Origin: Parvularculaceae bacterium
GTDB lineage: Bacteria; Pseudomonadota; Alphaproteobacteria; Caulobacterales; Parvularculaceae
Reading direction: 5' to 3'
Assembly (NCBI GenBank): GCA_036724105.1
Contig: DAIMGF010000008.1
Span: 56,161-120,160 of the forward strand
DNA: 64,000 nt
Both the position numbers and the translations under genes were made by a program. The notes below the pieces were generated by a model, which saw nothing but the letters and a program-made list of their open reading frames with translations, was not told where the DNA came from and made no database searches. Shown here piece after piece: positions 28,569-37,290 of this stretch (positions within the stretch are counted from its first letter, which is position 1; each line of letters begins with the position of its first letter).

Positions 28569-29716
28569 GAGTACGTCCGGCCTTTCCATTGTCCGCCTTG
28601 TCCTTGCCAATGTCTCAAGGCTGATGAAACTGTCATGGCGGTATAGAGCGCTGCAGCGACGGGTAGGAGCGCTGCCTCCCATGGTGCGCGATCATATAAT
28701 TTCAGCGTCGGCCAGTAGGTGTACGCCATCAGCGCGCAGGCAATGACGGCGTAAAACAGCGCCGCGAAATTCCAGCAAGCAAAGAATGTGAGGATAATCA
28801 GCGGCGCCGCAAGATAGATGAGCGCCATGCCGGCGACAGTCCCGGCGAGCAGAAGCGGCGAATAGTGAAGCTGCGCATAAGCCGTGCGCGCCACCATGTT
28901 CCAGATCGACGATAATTCCTGATTGTCGCGCTGGCTGACGGCCTCATCATCCGTGAGCCCCAGCCATATTTTTGTGGACGGCGTTGTATCCTTGATCGCT
29001 TTCGCGAGGGCGCAATCATCAATCAACGCGCCTTTGATGGTTTCCATTCCGCCGATTGCGTCAAGAGCGTTGCGACGCACGAGCATACATCCGCCCGCCG
29101 CCGCGGCGAGGTTGTCATCAGCATCGTTCGCCCGCGGGAACGGATAAAGCTTCTGAAAGAAATAGATGAACGCGGGAATCAGAAACGACGCCCATGGCCC
29201 GCGCGCATCGAGTTTCGCCATCAGGGATGTGAGGGCGAGATTTTCGTTCTCCGCCTTTGCGACCAGGCGCGCAAGCGTATCCGGGGCCAGCCGTATGTCT
29301 GCGTCGGTCAGCAATATATATTTGGCGCCGGGCGCCGCCTCGCGCGCGCGGGCAAGCCCGTTATGCACGGCCCATAACTTGCCGCTCCATCCTTCCGGCA
29401 GTTCTGGCACGGAAATACTTTCGAATGAATGGACGCCCTGCGCTGCGGCGGTCGCAATCTCTGCCGTCCCGTCCGTCGACCCGTCATCAGCGAGGATGAC
29501 GGAGAACTTGCCCGGATAATCCGCCGCCATGTGCGCGGCGATCACCTCGCCGATGGTTTCGGCTTCATCCCGGGCGGGGATGATAGCGACGATTTCGGGC
29601 CAGCTTTCGGGCGCCGGCGCATCTTTCAGACGCTCGGTGGCGCGCCAGAAGCGCCCATGGAGAAAAGTCAGCCAGCCCCAGGCTGCAAGCGATAAAAAGG
29701 CGATAAAAGTCAGCAT
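28565..29716 (-). CDS. hpnB: hopene-associated glycosyltransferase HpnB (GT2)
   Basis: An N-terminal TM segment followed by VAIIPARDEAETIGEVI...ILADDGSTDGT...LLTDADI. Both the architecture and the position next to hpnC fit HpnB. Confidence 0.8.
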   Translation of the reverse strand: MLTFIAFLSLAAWGWLTFLHGRFWRATERLKDAPAPESWPEIVAIIPARDEAETIGEVIAAHMAADYPGKFSVILADDGSTDGTAEIATAAAQGVHSFESISVPELPEGWSGKLWAVHNGLARAREAAPGAKYILLTDADIRLAPDTLARLVAKAENENLALTSLMAKLDARGPWASFLIPAFIYFFQKLYPFPRANDADDNLAAAAGGCMLVRRNALDAIGGMETIKGALIDDCALAKAIKDTTPSTKIWLGLTDDEAVSQRDNQELSSIWNMVARTAYAQLHYSPLLLAGTVAGMALIYLAAPLIILTFFACWNFAALFYAVIACALMAYTYWPTLKLYDRAPWEAALLPVAAALYTAMTVSSALRHWQGQGGQWKGRTYS

Positions 29717-29804
29717 ATAGCGAGCGGCTTAGCGCGCTTGTGCGGTTTGTGCAAAACCGGCGCGAACCGCTTGGAAAACCCCGCGAAATCCGTAAGGTGC
29801 CGCC

Positions 29805-30695
29805 ATGTCAACGACCGAAGATATGGCTGTAACGACCGGCCCGGCGGCGGAAACGCCCTCGGGCAAAGGCGCGAAGGATGAAAACTTTCCCGTCGGCTCG
29901 TTCCTGTTGCCAAAACGTCTGCGCCCCCATGTGGCGAAATATTACGCCTTTGCGCGAGCCATCGACGACATCGCTGACAATGGCGAATTGACGCCAGAAG
30001 AAAAAATCAAACGGCTCACGGCGTTTGACGCCGCGCTGAAGGGCGAGCCGGGTTACGGGGAAGAATACGAAAAAGCACATCACCTGCGCGAAAGCATGCG
30101 TGAAACTGAGGTGACGACCAAGCACGGCTCGGATCTCGTCGCCGCCTTTATCCTCGACGCAGAGAAAAACCGCTACGCAAACTGGAACGAGCTTCTCGGC
30201 TATTGCGAGCTTTCCGCCAACCCGGTCGGGCGTTACCTGCTCGATCTGCATGGCGAAGATAAATCCGGCTACCGCTATTCCGACGCGCTCTGTACCGTGC
30301 TGCAAATCGTCAATCATTTGCAGGATTGCGCCGACGACAAGCGCGAGCTTGACCGCGTTTATATCCTCACCGACTGGCTGGCGGAGGAAAACGCCGAGCT
30401 GCAAGACATCGACGGGCCCGCGCTTTCGGAAGGGCTGCGATGTGTTATCGACCGGATGCTCGATGGTTGTGAAGACCTGATGACGGATGCGCGCAAACTG
30501 CCTGCGGCGCTGAAGTCAAAATCACTTGCCATGGAATCGGCGGTGATCGTGCGCCTTGCCGAACGCTTAATCCGGCTTTTGCGTAAGGGCGATCCGCTGG
30601 CGTCGCGCGTCGCGCTTTCGAAAGTCGATTTCGCTTCTGCGGGCATTCGCGGCGCCGTTTCGGGATTTTTCGAGGCTGGCAGAGGCGTTGATTGA
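29805..30695 (+). CDS. hpnC: hydroxysqualene synthase HpnC (squalene/phytoene synthase family)
   Basis: ENFPVGSFLLPKRLRPHVAKYYAFARAIDDIAD and LQDCADD are the two Asp-rich SQS/PSY motifs. It is the first gene of the hpnCDE triad. Confidence 0.9.
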   Translation: MSTTEDMAVTTGPAAETPSGKGAKDENFPVGSFLLPKRLRPHVAKYYAFARAIDDIADNGELTPEEKIKRLTAFDAALKGEPGYGEEYEKAHHLRESMRETEVTTKHGSDLVAAFILDAEKNRYANWNELLGYCELSANPVGRYLLDLHGEDKSGYRYSDALCTVLQIVNHLQDCADDKRELDRVYILTDWLAEENAELQDIDGPALSEGLRCVIDRMLDGCEDLMTDARKLPAALKSKSLAMESAVIVRLAERLIRLLRKGDPLASRVALSKVDFASAGIRGAVSGFFEAGRGVD

Positions 30696-31585
30696 TGACT
30701 GCCGCACTTTCAATCTCGCCGGAGGAGGCGCGCCGTCACGCCTTTGAAACGGTGAAGCGTTCCAAAACGTCCTTCGGACCCGGTATGCGGATTCTGTCGA
30801 AGCCGCGCCGTGACGCGATGTACGCTGTCTACGCCTTTTGCCGCGAGGTGGACGACATCGCCGATGAAGGCGGAACGCGCGACGAAAAAATGGCGGCGCT
30901 GAAGGGCTGGCGCGAGGAAATCGGCCGGCTTTACGAGGGCAAGCCGGAATATCCGACAGGCGTTGCGCTCACCGAACCGGTTCGCGCCTTCAATCTCTCC
31001 AAAGATGAATTCATTTTGATGATCGAGGGGATGGAGTTGGATGCGGCTGGTCCCGTCATCGCACCGCCGCTCGAAACGCTTTTCGCTTATACGCGCCGGG
31101 TGGCCGGCGCGGTCGGCCAGCTTTCCATGCCGATCTTCGGCGCGCCGGCGGGAAAGGCGTCCGACGACTTTGCGATTTCACTTGGCGATGCACTGCAGTT
31201 CACGAATATTCTGCGCGATATTGAACAGGATGCAGACGAAGGCCGTCTTTATCTTCCCAAAGAGTTCCTTGAAAAGCATGGTTGTCCAATGACGCCCGCG
31301 GGTATTGTTAATGCGCCAGGCTTGCCAGGCGTGCGTGCAGAAATAGCGGCGATTGCGCGGGAAAAATTCGCCCGCGCCCGCGCGGCGCTCAAGCATCTGG
31401 ACTGGAAGGTGTTGCGCCCGGCATTGTTGATGATGGGCGTTTATGAGCGTTATCTCGACAAGATGACGGCGCGCGGATGGGACAACGGCCAGCCGCGCGT
31501 CATGATCCCCAAACACGAAAAGGCGATGATCGCCATGCGCTGGCTCGCCGCGCCGAAACTGACGAGAGCTGAGGCGCAACAATGA
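30692..31585 (+). CDS. hpnD: presqualene diphosphate synthase HpnD
   Basis: SFGPGMRILSKPRRDAMYAVYAFCREVDDIADE and NILRDIEQDADEGRLYLP. The start overlaps the hpnC stop (TGATG; the ATG is at 30695). Confidence 0.9.
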   Translation: MMTAALSISPEEARRHAFETVKRSKTSFGPGMRILSKPRRDAMYAVYAFCREVDDIADEGGTRDEKMAALKGWREEIGRLYEGKPEYPTGVALTEPVRAFNLSKDEFILMIEGMELDAAGPVIAPPLETLFAYTRRVAGAVGQLSMPIFGAPAGKASDDFAISLGDALQFTNILRDIEQDADEGRLYLPKEFLEKHGCPMTPAGIVNAPGLPGVRAEIAAIAREKFARARAALKHLDWKVLRPALLMMGVYERYLDKMTARGWDNGQPRVMIPKHEKAMIAMRWLAAPKLTRAEAQQ

Positions 31586-32862
31586 GCCGTATTCATATTA
31601 TCGGCGCCGGGCTTTCCGGTCTTGCAGCAGCGGTGCGCCTTATTGAAAACGACGTGAAGGTCACCGTCTATGAAGGCGCGGGGCAAGCGGGCGGGCGTTG
31701 CCGCACGTTTTATGACAAGCATCTCGAGCGTGAGATCGACAACGGCAACCACCTGATCATGTCTGGCAACAAGTCGGCGTTGTCTTATTTGAAACGCATT
31801 GGCGCCGAAGACCCGCTCACCGGCCCGCAATTCGCGATCTATCCGTTTGTCGATGTGCAATCTGGCAAGCGCTGGACCGTGCGCATCAATGAGGGGCCGA
31901 TCCCGTTCTGGGTGTTCGACAAACAATGGCGGGTGCCGGATACCGGCGTCATGGACTACGTCAAGGCGGCGGGGATTGCGTTCGCGGGTAATGACAAAAC
32001 AGTTGAGGACGTGGTCGACACAAAGAGCCCGCTTTATGAGCGCTTCTGGGAGCCGCTGACGCTGGCGGTGCTCAATACGACGCCGGCGAAGGGGCAGGCG
32101 AAACTGTTATGGCGGGTTATCCGCGAAACATTCCTGCTCGGCGGTCAGGCTTGCATCCCGCTGACCGCGCGCTCGGGGCTCGGCCATGCGTTTATCGACC
32201 CGGCAGTGAAATTCATTGAGCAAAATGGCGGCGTTGTACGTCTGGGCGCGCGGGTGCGCGGCGTCTGGATGGAGGGCGGCGAGGCCACGAGCCTCAACTT
32301 CGCTGACGAAACCGTCACGCTTGAAGAAGGCGACATGGTGATCTTCGCCATTCCGCCGACCCGGCTGAAAGATTTGTTGCCCGATATCGATCCGCCCGGC
32401 GACGACGCCAGTATTTTGAACATTCACTACCGGATGGCGAAGCCGGTCCCGACAAAGGCGCTCGGCGACGGGCCGTTCATCGGCATGATCGGATCGGACG
32501 GTCAGTGGGCGTTTGTTCGTGACGATGTCATAAGCCTGACGACGTCGGCGTCGAACGCGATTGGTACGGACGACCGGCCCAATGACGATGTGGTCGCAAA
32601 AATCTGGCGTGAAACGCAAGTGGCGCTGGACCTTGGCGATGAGGAATATGAGCGCGTACGCGTCATCCGTGAAAAGCGCGCAACGCCCGACCAGTCGCCG
32701 GAGGGCGCACGCAAGCGCCTCAAACCCGAGACGCAATGGCGCAACGTCTTCCTTGCCGGCGATCACATTGACACCGGCGTTCCCGCGACAATTGAAGGCT
32801 CGATAAGGTCGGGGGAGAAGGCGGCTGAGTTGGCGCTATCTTCTACAGCCAAAAGGTCATAG
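31582..32862 (+). CDS. hpnE: hydroxysqualene dehydroxylase HpnE (FAD amine-oxidase fold)
   Basis: IHIIGAGLSGLAAAVRL...VYEGAGQAGGRCRTF is the FAD dinucleotide-binding motif. ATGA overlap with hpnD. Confidence 0.9.
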   Translation: MSRIHIIGAGLSGLAAAVRLIENDVKVTVYEGAGQAGGRCRTFYDKHLEREIDNGNHLIMSGNKSALSYLKRIGAEDPLTGPQFAIYPFVDVQSGKRWTVRINEGPIPFWVFDKQWRVPDTGVMDYVKAAGIAFAGNDKTVEDVVDTKSPLYERFWEPLTLAVLNTTPAKGQAKLLWRVIRETFLLGGQACIPLTARSGLGHAFIDPAVKFIEQNGGVVRLGARVRGVWMEGGEATSLNFADETVTLEEGDMVIFAIPPTRLKDLLPDIDPPGDDASILNIHYRMAKPVPTKALGDGPFIGMIGSDGQWAFVRDDVISLTTSASNAIGTDDRPNDDVVAKIWRETQVALDLGDEEYERVRVIREKRATPDQSPEGARKRLKPETQWRNVFLAGDHIDTGVPATIEGSIRSGEKAAELALSSTAKRS

Positions 32863-32864
32863 CC

Positions 32865-32981
32865 ATGGATGCTTGGATCGGCATTGTTTTGATGCTTGCT
32901 ATAGCCATAGCAATCTTAGGACCTTTGTTCTGGTCATTAAAATCTGCTGAAAAGACTCCTGCGCCAGACGCGGATGGGTGA
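32865..32981 (+). CDS. candidate 38-aa single-TM peptide
   Basis: Absent from the track because it is shorter than 60 aa. The ATG lies 2 nt after the hpnE stop. The sequence is MDAWIGIVLMLAIAIAILGPLFWSLKSAEKTPAPDADG. It is AT-rich and I see no Shine-Dalgarno sequence. Confidence 0.3.
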   Translation: MDAWIGIVLMLAIAIAILGPLFWSLKSAEKTPAPDADG

Positions 32982-32987
32982 GTAAAA

Positions 32988-33443
32988 TTGAAAGGGACTG
33001 TGGCGCATCATATATTTGGTGCGCTTTCTTTTATTCTTGGGATAGGATTCATAATTTTCGCCATTCTGGCAATGATAGGAGGTGTTCTGGATAAAGGATG
33101 GTATGCCCAAATTTTTGTGATTCTTATGATAGGGATGGGTGTTCTGTTTTTGTGGAATTTTAACTTCACTCATCTTGCACGATTTCGGTATCGTTCTGAT
33201 CGTTTTGAGTATTCTGCTCCATTTAGAAAGATTTCAGTGGCATGGAACGAAGTTTCTGAAATTAAAATGGGTACAAACGGACCGCAGATTATTACAGTCG
33301 AAGGCAAGGTAACATTCTCAAATTTACTACAAGGTTTTTATGGGTTGTTAGCTACAGCTCGCGAAAATGACATCAAGGTTCAAAATAGCCCTTATCTTAT
33401 GCAGCCCGGATCATTCACGCTTTTTGGAAAACGAATAAAGTGA
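32988..33443 (+). CDS. hypothetical membrane protein (2 TM + soluble C-terminal domain), AT-rich
   Basis: TTG start 6 nt after the small ORF. Two TM helices are followed by FRYRSDRFEYSAPFRKISVAWNEVSEIKMG..., which looks like a bacterial PH domain. Its stop overlaps the hpnG GTG (GTGA). Confidence 0.5.
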   Translation: MKGTVAHHIFGALSFILGIGFIIFAILAMIGGVLDKGWYAQIFVILMIGMGVLFLWNFNFTHLARFRYRSDRFEYSAPFRKISVAWNEVSEIKMGTNGPQIITVEGKVTFSNLLQGFYGLLATARENDIKVQNSPYLMQPGSFTLFGKRIK

Positions 33444-34192
33444 GTTTCATAGCTGTCATCTGCGGCCTGAAATCCGAGGCGGCTGCTGTTCGGGCAAGCG
33501 TCGATCAATCAAAAATCCGCATCGGTGTCTCCGGCGCCAACGCCGCGCGCGCTGAGGAGATTGCACGGGATTTTTGTGAGCAGGGCGCGAGCGCCATCAT
33601 TTCCGTGGGCGTTTCCGGCGGGCTCGATCCGGCGCTGAGGCCGGGCGATCTCGTGATAGGCGATATGGTAATTGCCGATGACGGCTCGGTTTATACGAGC
33701 GACCGGTATTTGCTTGCGACCATTCAATCCGCTCACCCCGGCGGAAGCCGGGGTCCAGAAAAAACTGGCAAGATGGATCCCGGCTTCCGCCGGGATGACC
33801 GGGATGGGTACAGATTTGTGAAACTCTTCGGCGCGGACGAAATTATCGACAGCACAATGAAAAAATCGGCGCTTTTTCATAATCACGGATGCGTCGCCGT
33901 CGATATGGAAAGCCATGGCGCGGCGCGGGCCGCGGCAAGGGCCGGCGCGCCATTCGCGGCCATTCGCGCCATCGCCGACCCCGCCGATCGCGCGCTGCCC
34001 GCCGCAGCGCTCAATGCTGTGGCGCCGGACGGCTCGACGCGCGTCTTCAAAACATTAGGGGCCGCATTGCGCGACCCCAGACAGTTTCCGGAATTGATGA
34101 AGCTCGGCGCCGACAGCGCCGCGGCGACGAAAGCCTTACGCCGCGACCTCGGCACGCTCTTTGGCGGCCTTTTTCTCAGCCTCGATCTTTGA
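33440..34192 (+). CDS. hpnG: hopanoid-associated nucleosidase/phosphorylase HpnG, carrying an in-frame repeat insertion
   Basis: VICGLKSEAAA...VGVSGGLDPALRPGDLV...VAVDMESHGAARAA...FAAIRAIADPADRALP matches HpnG (PNP/MTAN fold). Residues ~98-121 (AHPGGSRGPEKTGKMDPGFRRDDR) are encoded by a palindromic element. Confidence 0.85.
   Translation: MSFIAVICGLKSEAAAVRASVDQSKIRIGVSGANAARAEEIARDFCEQGASAIISVGVSGGLDPALRPGDLVIGDMVIADDGSVYTSDRYLLATIQSAHPGGSRGPEKTGKMDPGFRRDDRDGYRFVKLFGADEIIDSTMKKSALFHNHGCVAVDMESHGAARAAARAGAPFAAIRAIADPADRALPAAALNAVAPDGSTRVFKTLGAALRDPRQFPELMKLGADSAAATKALRRDLGTLFGGLFLSLDL
33731..33800. repeat. palindromic (REP/MITE-like) element inside hpnG
   Basis: Arms gctcaccccggcggaagccggggtccag (33731-33758) and tggatcccggcttccgccgggatgacc (33774-33800) form an inverted repeat. 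It belongs to the same family as the element at 37291-37370. Confidence 0.75.
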
Positions 34193-35290
34193 CATTTCGG
34201 TGGCGACGAGTTCTTCGTGCATGTCCTCAGCAGGACGTGCATTCGAAAGATCGATTTCCGGCGCCATCGGGCCTTCGGTTTTGATTTTGAACATGTCCGG
34301 GATGCGGAACATCTTGAGCGGGTTCTTGACCGCATCCATGGCCGCTGTCGGCTCGTAGCCGCAATGGGCCATGCAGTTCGAGCATTTCTGGTATTTACCC
34401 GTGCCGTATTTTTCCCACTCGGTGGTTTCCATAAGCTCGTTGAAGCTTGAGACATAGCCTTCGCCGAGGAGGTAGCAGGGTTTCTGCCAGCCGAAGACGT
34501 TGCGCGTCGGCGAGCCCCATGGCGTGCAGAGATATTCTTCATTGCCGGCGAGGAAGTTCAGGAACAGCGATGAGTGCGAGAGATTCCACTTGCGTCCGCG
34601 TTCCTTGCCGATCTTGAATATGTCGCGGAAGAGATTTTTCGTTTTCTCGCGCGAGAGGAAATGATCCTTGTCTTCAGCGCGCTCATAGGCGTAGCCCGGC
34701 GAGATCGAAATGCCGACGCCGAGATCCGTCGCGAAATCAAGATAGTCGGCGACCTGTTCCGCCGTCATGTTGTCAAAGATCGTCGCGTTGACGTTGACGT
34801 TGAAGCCCGCGTCCTGCGCCGCCTTGATCGCTTGTATGGCGATCTTGAACGTGCCTTTCTGATCGACCGCGTGATCGTGTTCTTCTTCGAGGCCATCGAG
34901 GTGCACAGAGAAGAACAGGAACGGCGACGGCTTGAACAGGTGCAGTTTCTTTTCGAGCAGCAGCGCATTGGTGCAAAGCGAGACGAATTTCTTGCGCTTG
35001 ACGATGCCTTCGACGATCTCGCCGATTTCCTTGTGGATCAGCGGTTCGCCACCCGGCACAGCCACAACCGGCGCGCCGCATTCGTCAACAGCGTCGAGGC
35101 ATTCCTGAACTGAAAGGCGCTTGTTGAGGATCGGCGCCGGATAATCGATCTTGCCGCAGCCGGGGCAGGCGAGATTGCAGCGGAACAGCGGCTCCAGAAA
35201 CAGCACCAGCGGATATTTCTCGCGGCCCATAAGGGTCTGCTTCGCCACATAGGCGCCGACGCGGATTTGCTGGTGAAGCGATACTGACAT
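34136..35290 (-). CDS. hpnH: adenosylhopane synthase HpnH (radical SAM)
   Basis: LFLEPLFRCNLACPGCGKIDYP is the CxxxCxxC radical-SAM cluster in the HpnH context, and the ~384-aa length fits. Confidence 0.92.
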   Translation of the reverse strand: MSVSLHQQIRVGAYVAKQTLMGREKYPLVLFLEPLFRCNLACPGCGKIDYPAPILNKRLSVQECLDAVDECGAPVVAVPGGEPLIHKEIGEIVEGIVKRKKFVSLCTNALLLEKKLHLFKPSPFLFFSVHLDGLEEEHDHAVDQKGTFKIAIQAIKAAQDAGFNVNVNATIFDNMTAEQVADYLDFATDLGVGISISPGYAYERAEDKDHFLSREKTKNLFRDIFKIGKERGRKWNLSHSSLFLNFLAGNEEYLCTPWGSPTRNVFGWQKPCYLLGEGYVSSFNELMETTEWEKYGTGKYQKCSNCMAHCGYEPTAAMDAVKNPLKMFRIPDMFKIKTEGPMAPEIDLSNARPAEDMHEELVATEMSKIEAEKKAAKERAEVAA

Positions 35291-35333
35291 TGCTGTTCTC
35301 CGGACGATTACGGTTGTTTCGGTCTTCTTGTGA

Positions 35334-36341
35334 TTAAGCGGTGCTGACGGCCCAGGCTTCCATGGCGTCTTTCGGACGCTCGACGTCTGAAAGTTCCTTG
35401 GGCAGTTTGAAGTGAATGTTTTCCTGAACGCCGTCGAGGGATTCGACGGTCACGTTTCTGTAATTCCGAAGACGCGCAATGGTTTCCTGCACCAGCGTTT
35501 CGGGGGCGGACGCACCAGCGGTCAGCCCGACCGTTTTAACACCGTCGAGCCAGGCCGGATCGAACATGGTGGCGTCTTCGATCAGGTAACTCGGAATACC
35601 GAAATTCTCGCCGATCTCGCGAAGCCGATTAGAATTGGAGCTGTTATGCGCGCCGACAACCAGCAGCAAGTCCACCTGTTTCGCCATGGCGATGACAGCA
35701 GTCTGACGGTTCTGCGTCGCATAGCAGATATCGCGCGTGTCCGGGCCGATGATGTTCGGGAAACGTCCTTTCAGCGCTGCGATGACGTCCTTGGTGTCGT
35801 TCACGGACAGGGTCGTCTGTGTAACGAAAGCGACGCGCTCCGGGTCAGCGACCTGCAATCCGGCGACATCTTCCGGTTCGGAAATCACATGCACCGTACC
35901 CGGAATTTGCCCGAGCGTGCCTTCGACTTCCGGATGACCGATATGGCCGATCAGGACGATGTCGTAACCCTTTTCCGCGTAACGCCGGCCCTCCTTGTGG
36001 ACTTTTGTCACCAGCGGGCAGGTAGCGTCGATAACGTCGAGTTCGCGCACAAGGGCGCCGTTTTCGACCTTTTTCGCGACGCCATGAGCCGAAAAAACCG
36101 TAACGGCGCCGGTTGGGATTTCATCGACCTCCTCGACAAAAATCGCCCCGCGCTCGCGCAGCGTATCGACGACGAATTTGTTATGGACGATCTCGTGACG
36201 GACATAGACGGGCGCGCCGTATTTCTTGAGCGCCCGTTCGACGATATCAATGGCCCTCTCAACCCCGGCGCAGAAGCCGCGCGGCTGGGCGAGAACCACC
36301 TTTATTTCTTCATGATTTGACGTCTTCGCCCGATCGGACAT
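35334..36341 (-). CDS. ispH: 4-hydroxy-3-methylbut-2-enyl diphosphate reductase
   Basis: [21 protein letters not shown]...[14 protein letters not shown]...[10 protein letters not shown]...[13 protein letters not shown] is canonical IspH/LytB. Confidence 0.95.
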   Translation of the reverse strand: MSDRAKTSNHEEIKVVLAQPRGFCAGVERAIDIVERALKKYGAPVYVRHEIVHNKFVVDTLRERGAIFVEEVDEIPTGAVTVFSAHGVAKKVENGALVRELDVIDATCPLVTKVHKEGRRYAEKGYDIVLIGHIGHPEVEGTLGQIPGTVHVISEPEDVAGLQVADPERVAFVTQTTLSVNDTKDVIAALKGRFPNIIGPDTRDICYATQNRQTAVIAMAKQVDLLLVVGAHNSSNSNRLREIGENFGIPSYLIEDATMFDPAWLDGVKTVGLTAGASAPETLVQETIARLRNYRNVTVESLDGVQENIHFKLPKELSDVERPKDAMEAWAVSTA

Positions 36342-36587
36342 GGAAACGCCCCCTCGCCAATACTTAAGAATCTACCTGAACGCGCGTTATTTCACGGGCG
36401 CGCTGCGGCTACAACCGCGATTTGGAACTTTCGAGCCAGCTATATCGCGTCTTGCGCTGCAGTGCAAAATAACTCGGCCCGCCCGGCCGGGTTTTCAAGA
36501 CTTGTGACCGGATTGTAACGCCCTTGGCGGCCCGGCGGCCGTCGTGTAGCCTCGCCAATCGGGGTTTTGTTTGAAGGGGTTGGGGCG

Positions 36588-37244
36588 ATGTTTTCCAGAT
36601 TTACCGGTGGCGGGGCCGAGACGGCGTGGCCGCTAGCCAAGGTCATGTCAGCGCTTGAGGGCCAGTTCGGCGCGCTCGAAACGCTGGGCGAGGACGGGCC
36701 GCTAAAGGTTTTCGGGGTGCAAGATAACGGCGTAAACTTCGTGGTGGCGCTGATGCAGACAGGGCCGGCAACGGGCAAAATCGCCGAGATGGGGTTCCTG
36801 GCGCGGTTCGTGGGCTTTCCTGTCGACATGCGGCTGATCGAATCGCTGAACCGGAATCTCCATATCTCCATGGTTTCGCTCGAAGGCAGCGATCTTTTCC
36901 TGATGGCCGGGCTTGCGGTCACCGGCGCATTCGACGCCGGGCAGTTCAAGCTGATCATGGAACAGTGGCGGCGCGACCTGATGCTGACGCTGCACGGCCT
37001 GTCGGGCGAGGGCTCTTCGTTGACCGCGGCGTTCCCGGCAGCGCGCATGGAGGCGGCGCGCAACTTCGCCATGAATGTCGCGCCGGCGCCGGCGGATGAC
37101 CAGCCTGTCGATATGCTCGCGAGTTTTCTGGGCGGTAACGCGAAGAAAGCGATCTGCGCCGATTGCGGCGGGCGCGGCAAGCGCGGGTTCATCGCGCGGA
37201 TGTGCGGCGAGTGCGACGGCTCGGGATTCGTGACGCGGCGGTGA
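36588..37244 (+). CDS. YbjN-like domain protein with C-terminal DnaJ-type zinc finger
   Basis: The N-terminal ~150 aa resemble the YbjN/T3SS-chaperone-like fold (tentative). The C-terminus CADCGGRGKRGF...CGECDGSGFV is two CxxCxGxG repeats. I prefer the ATG at 36588 to the TTG at 36567. Confidence 0.6.
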   Translation: MFSRFTGGGAETAWPLAKVMSALEGQFGALETLGEDGPLKVFGVQDNGVNFVVALMQTGPATGKIAEMGFLARFVGFPVDMRLIESLNRNLHISMVSLEGSDLFLMAGLAVTGAFDAGQFKLIMEQWRRDLMLTLHGLSGEGSSLTAAFPAARMEAARNFAMNVAPAPADDQPVDMLASFLGGNAKKAICADCGGRGKRGFIARMCGECDGSGFVTRR

Positions 37245-37290
37245 CTTTTTCCGGCAGGGTGGCGTTTTTTTTCATTGCGGCCTATCCACC

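Noticed and set aside
33883-34542. The 219-aa Arg/Ser/Ala-rich ORF on the minus strand, spanning the hpnG end and the hpnH end.
   Set aside because: It is out of frame with the radical-SAM gene hpnH, which is unambiguous, and its composition is typical of an off-frame translation of GC-rich coding DNA.
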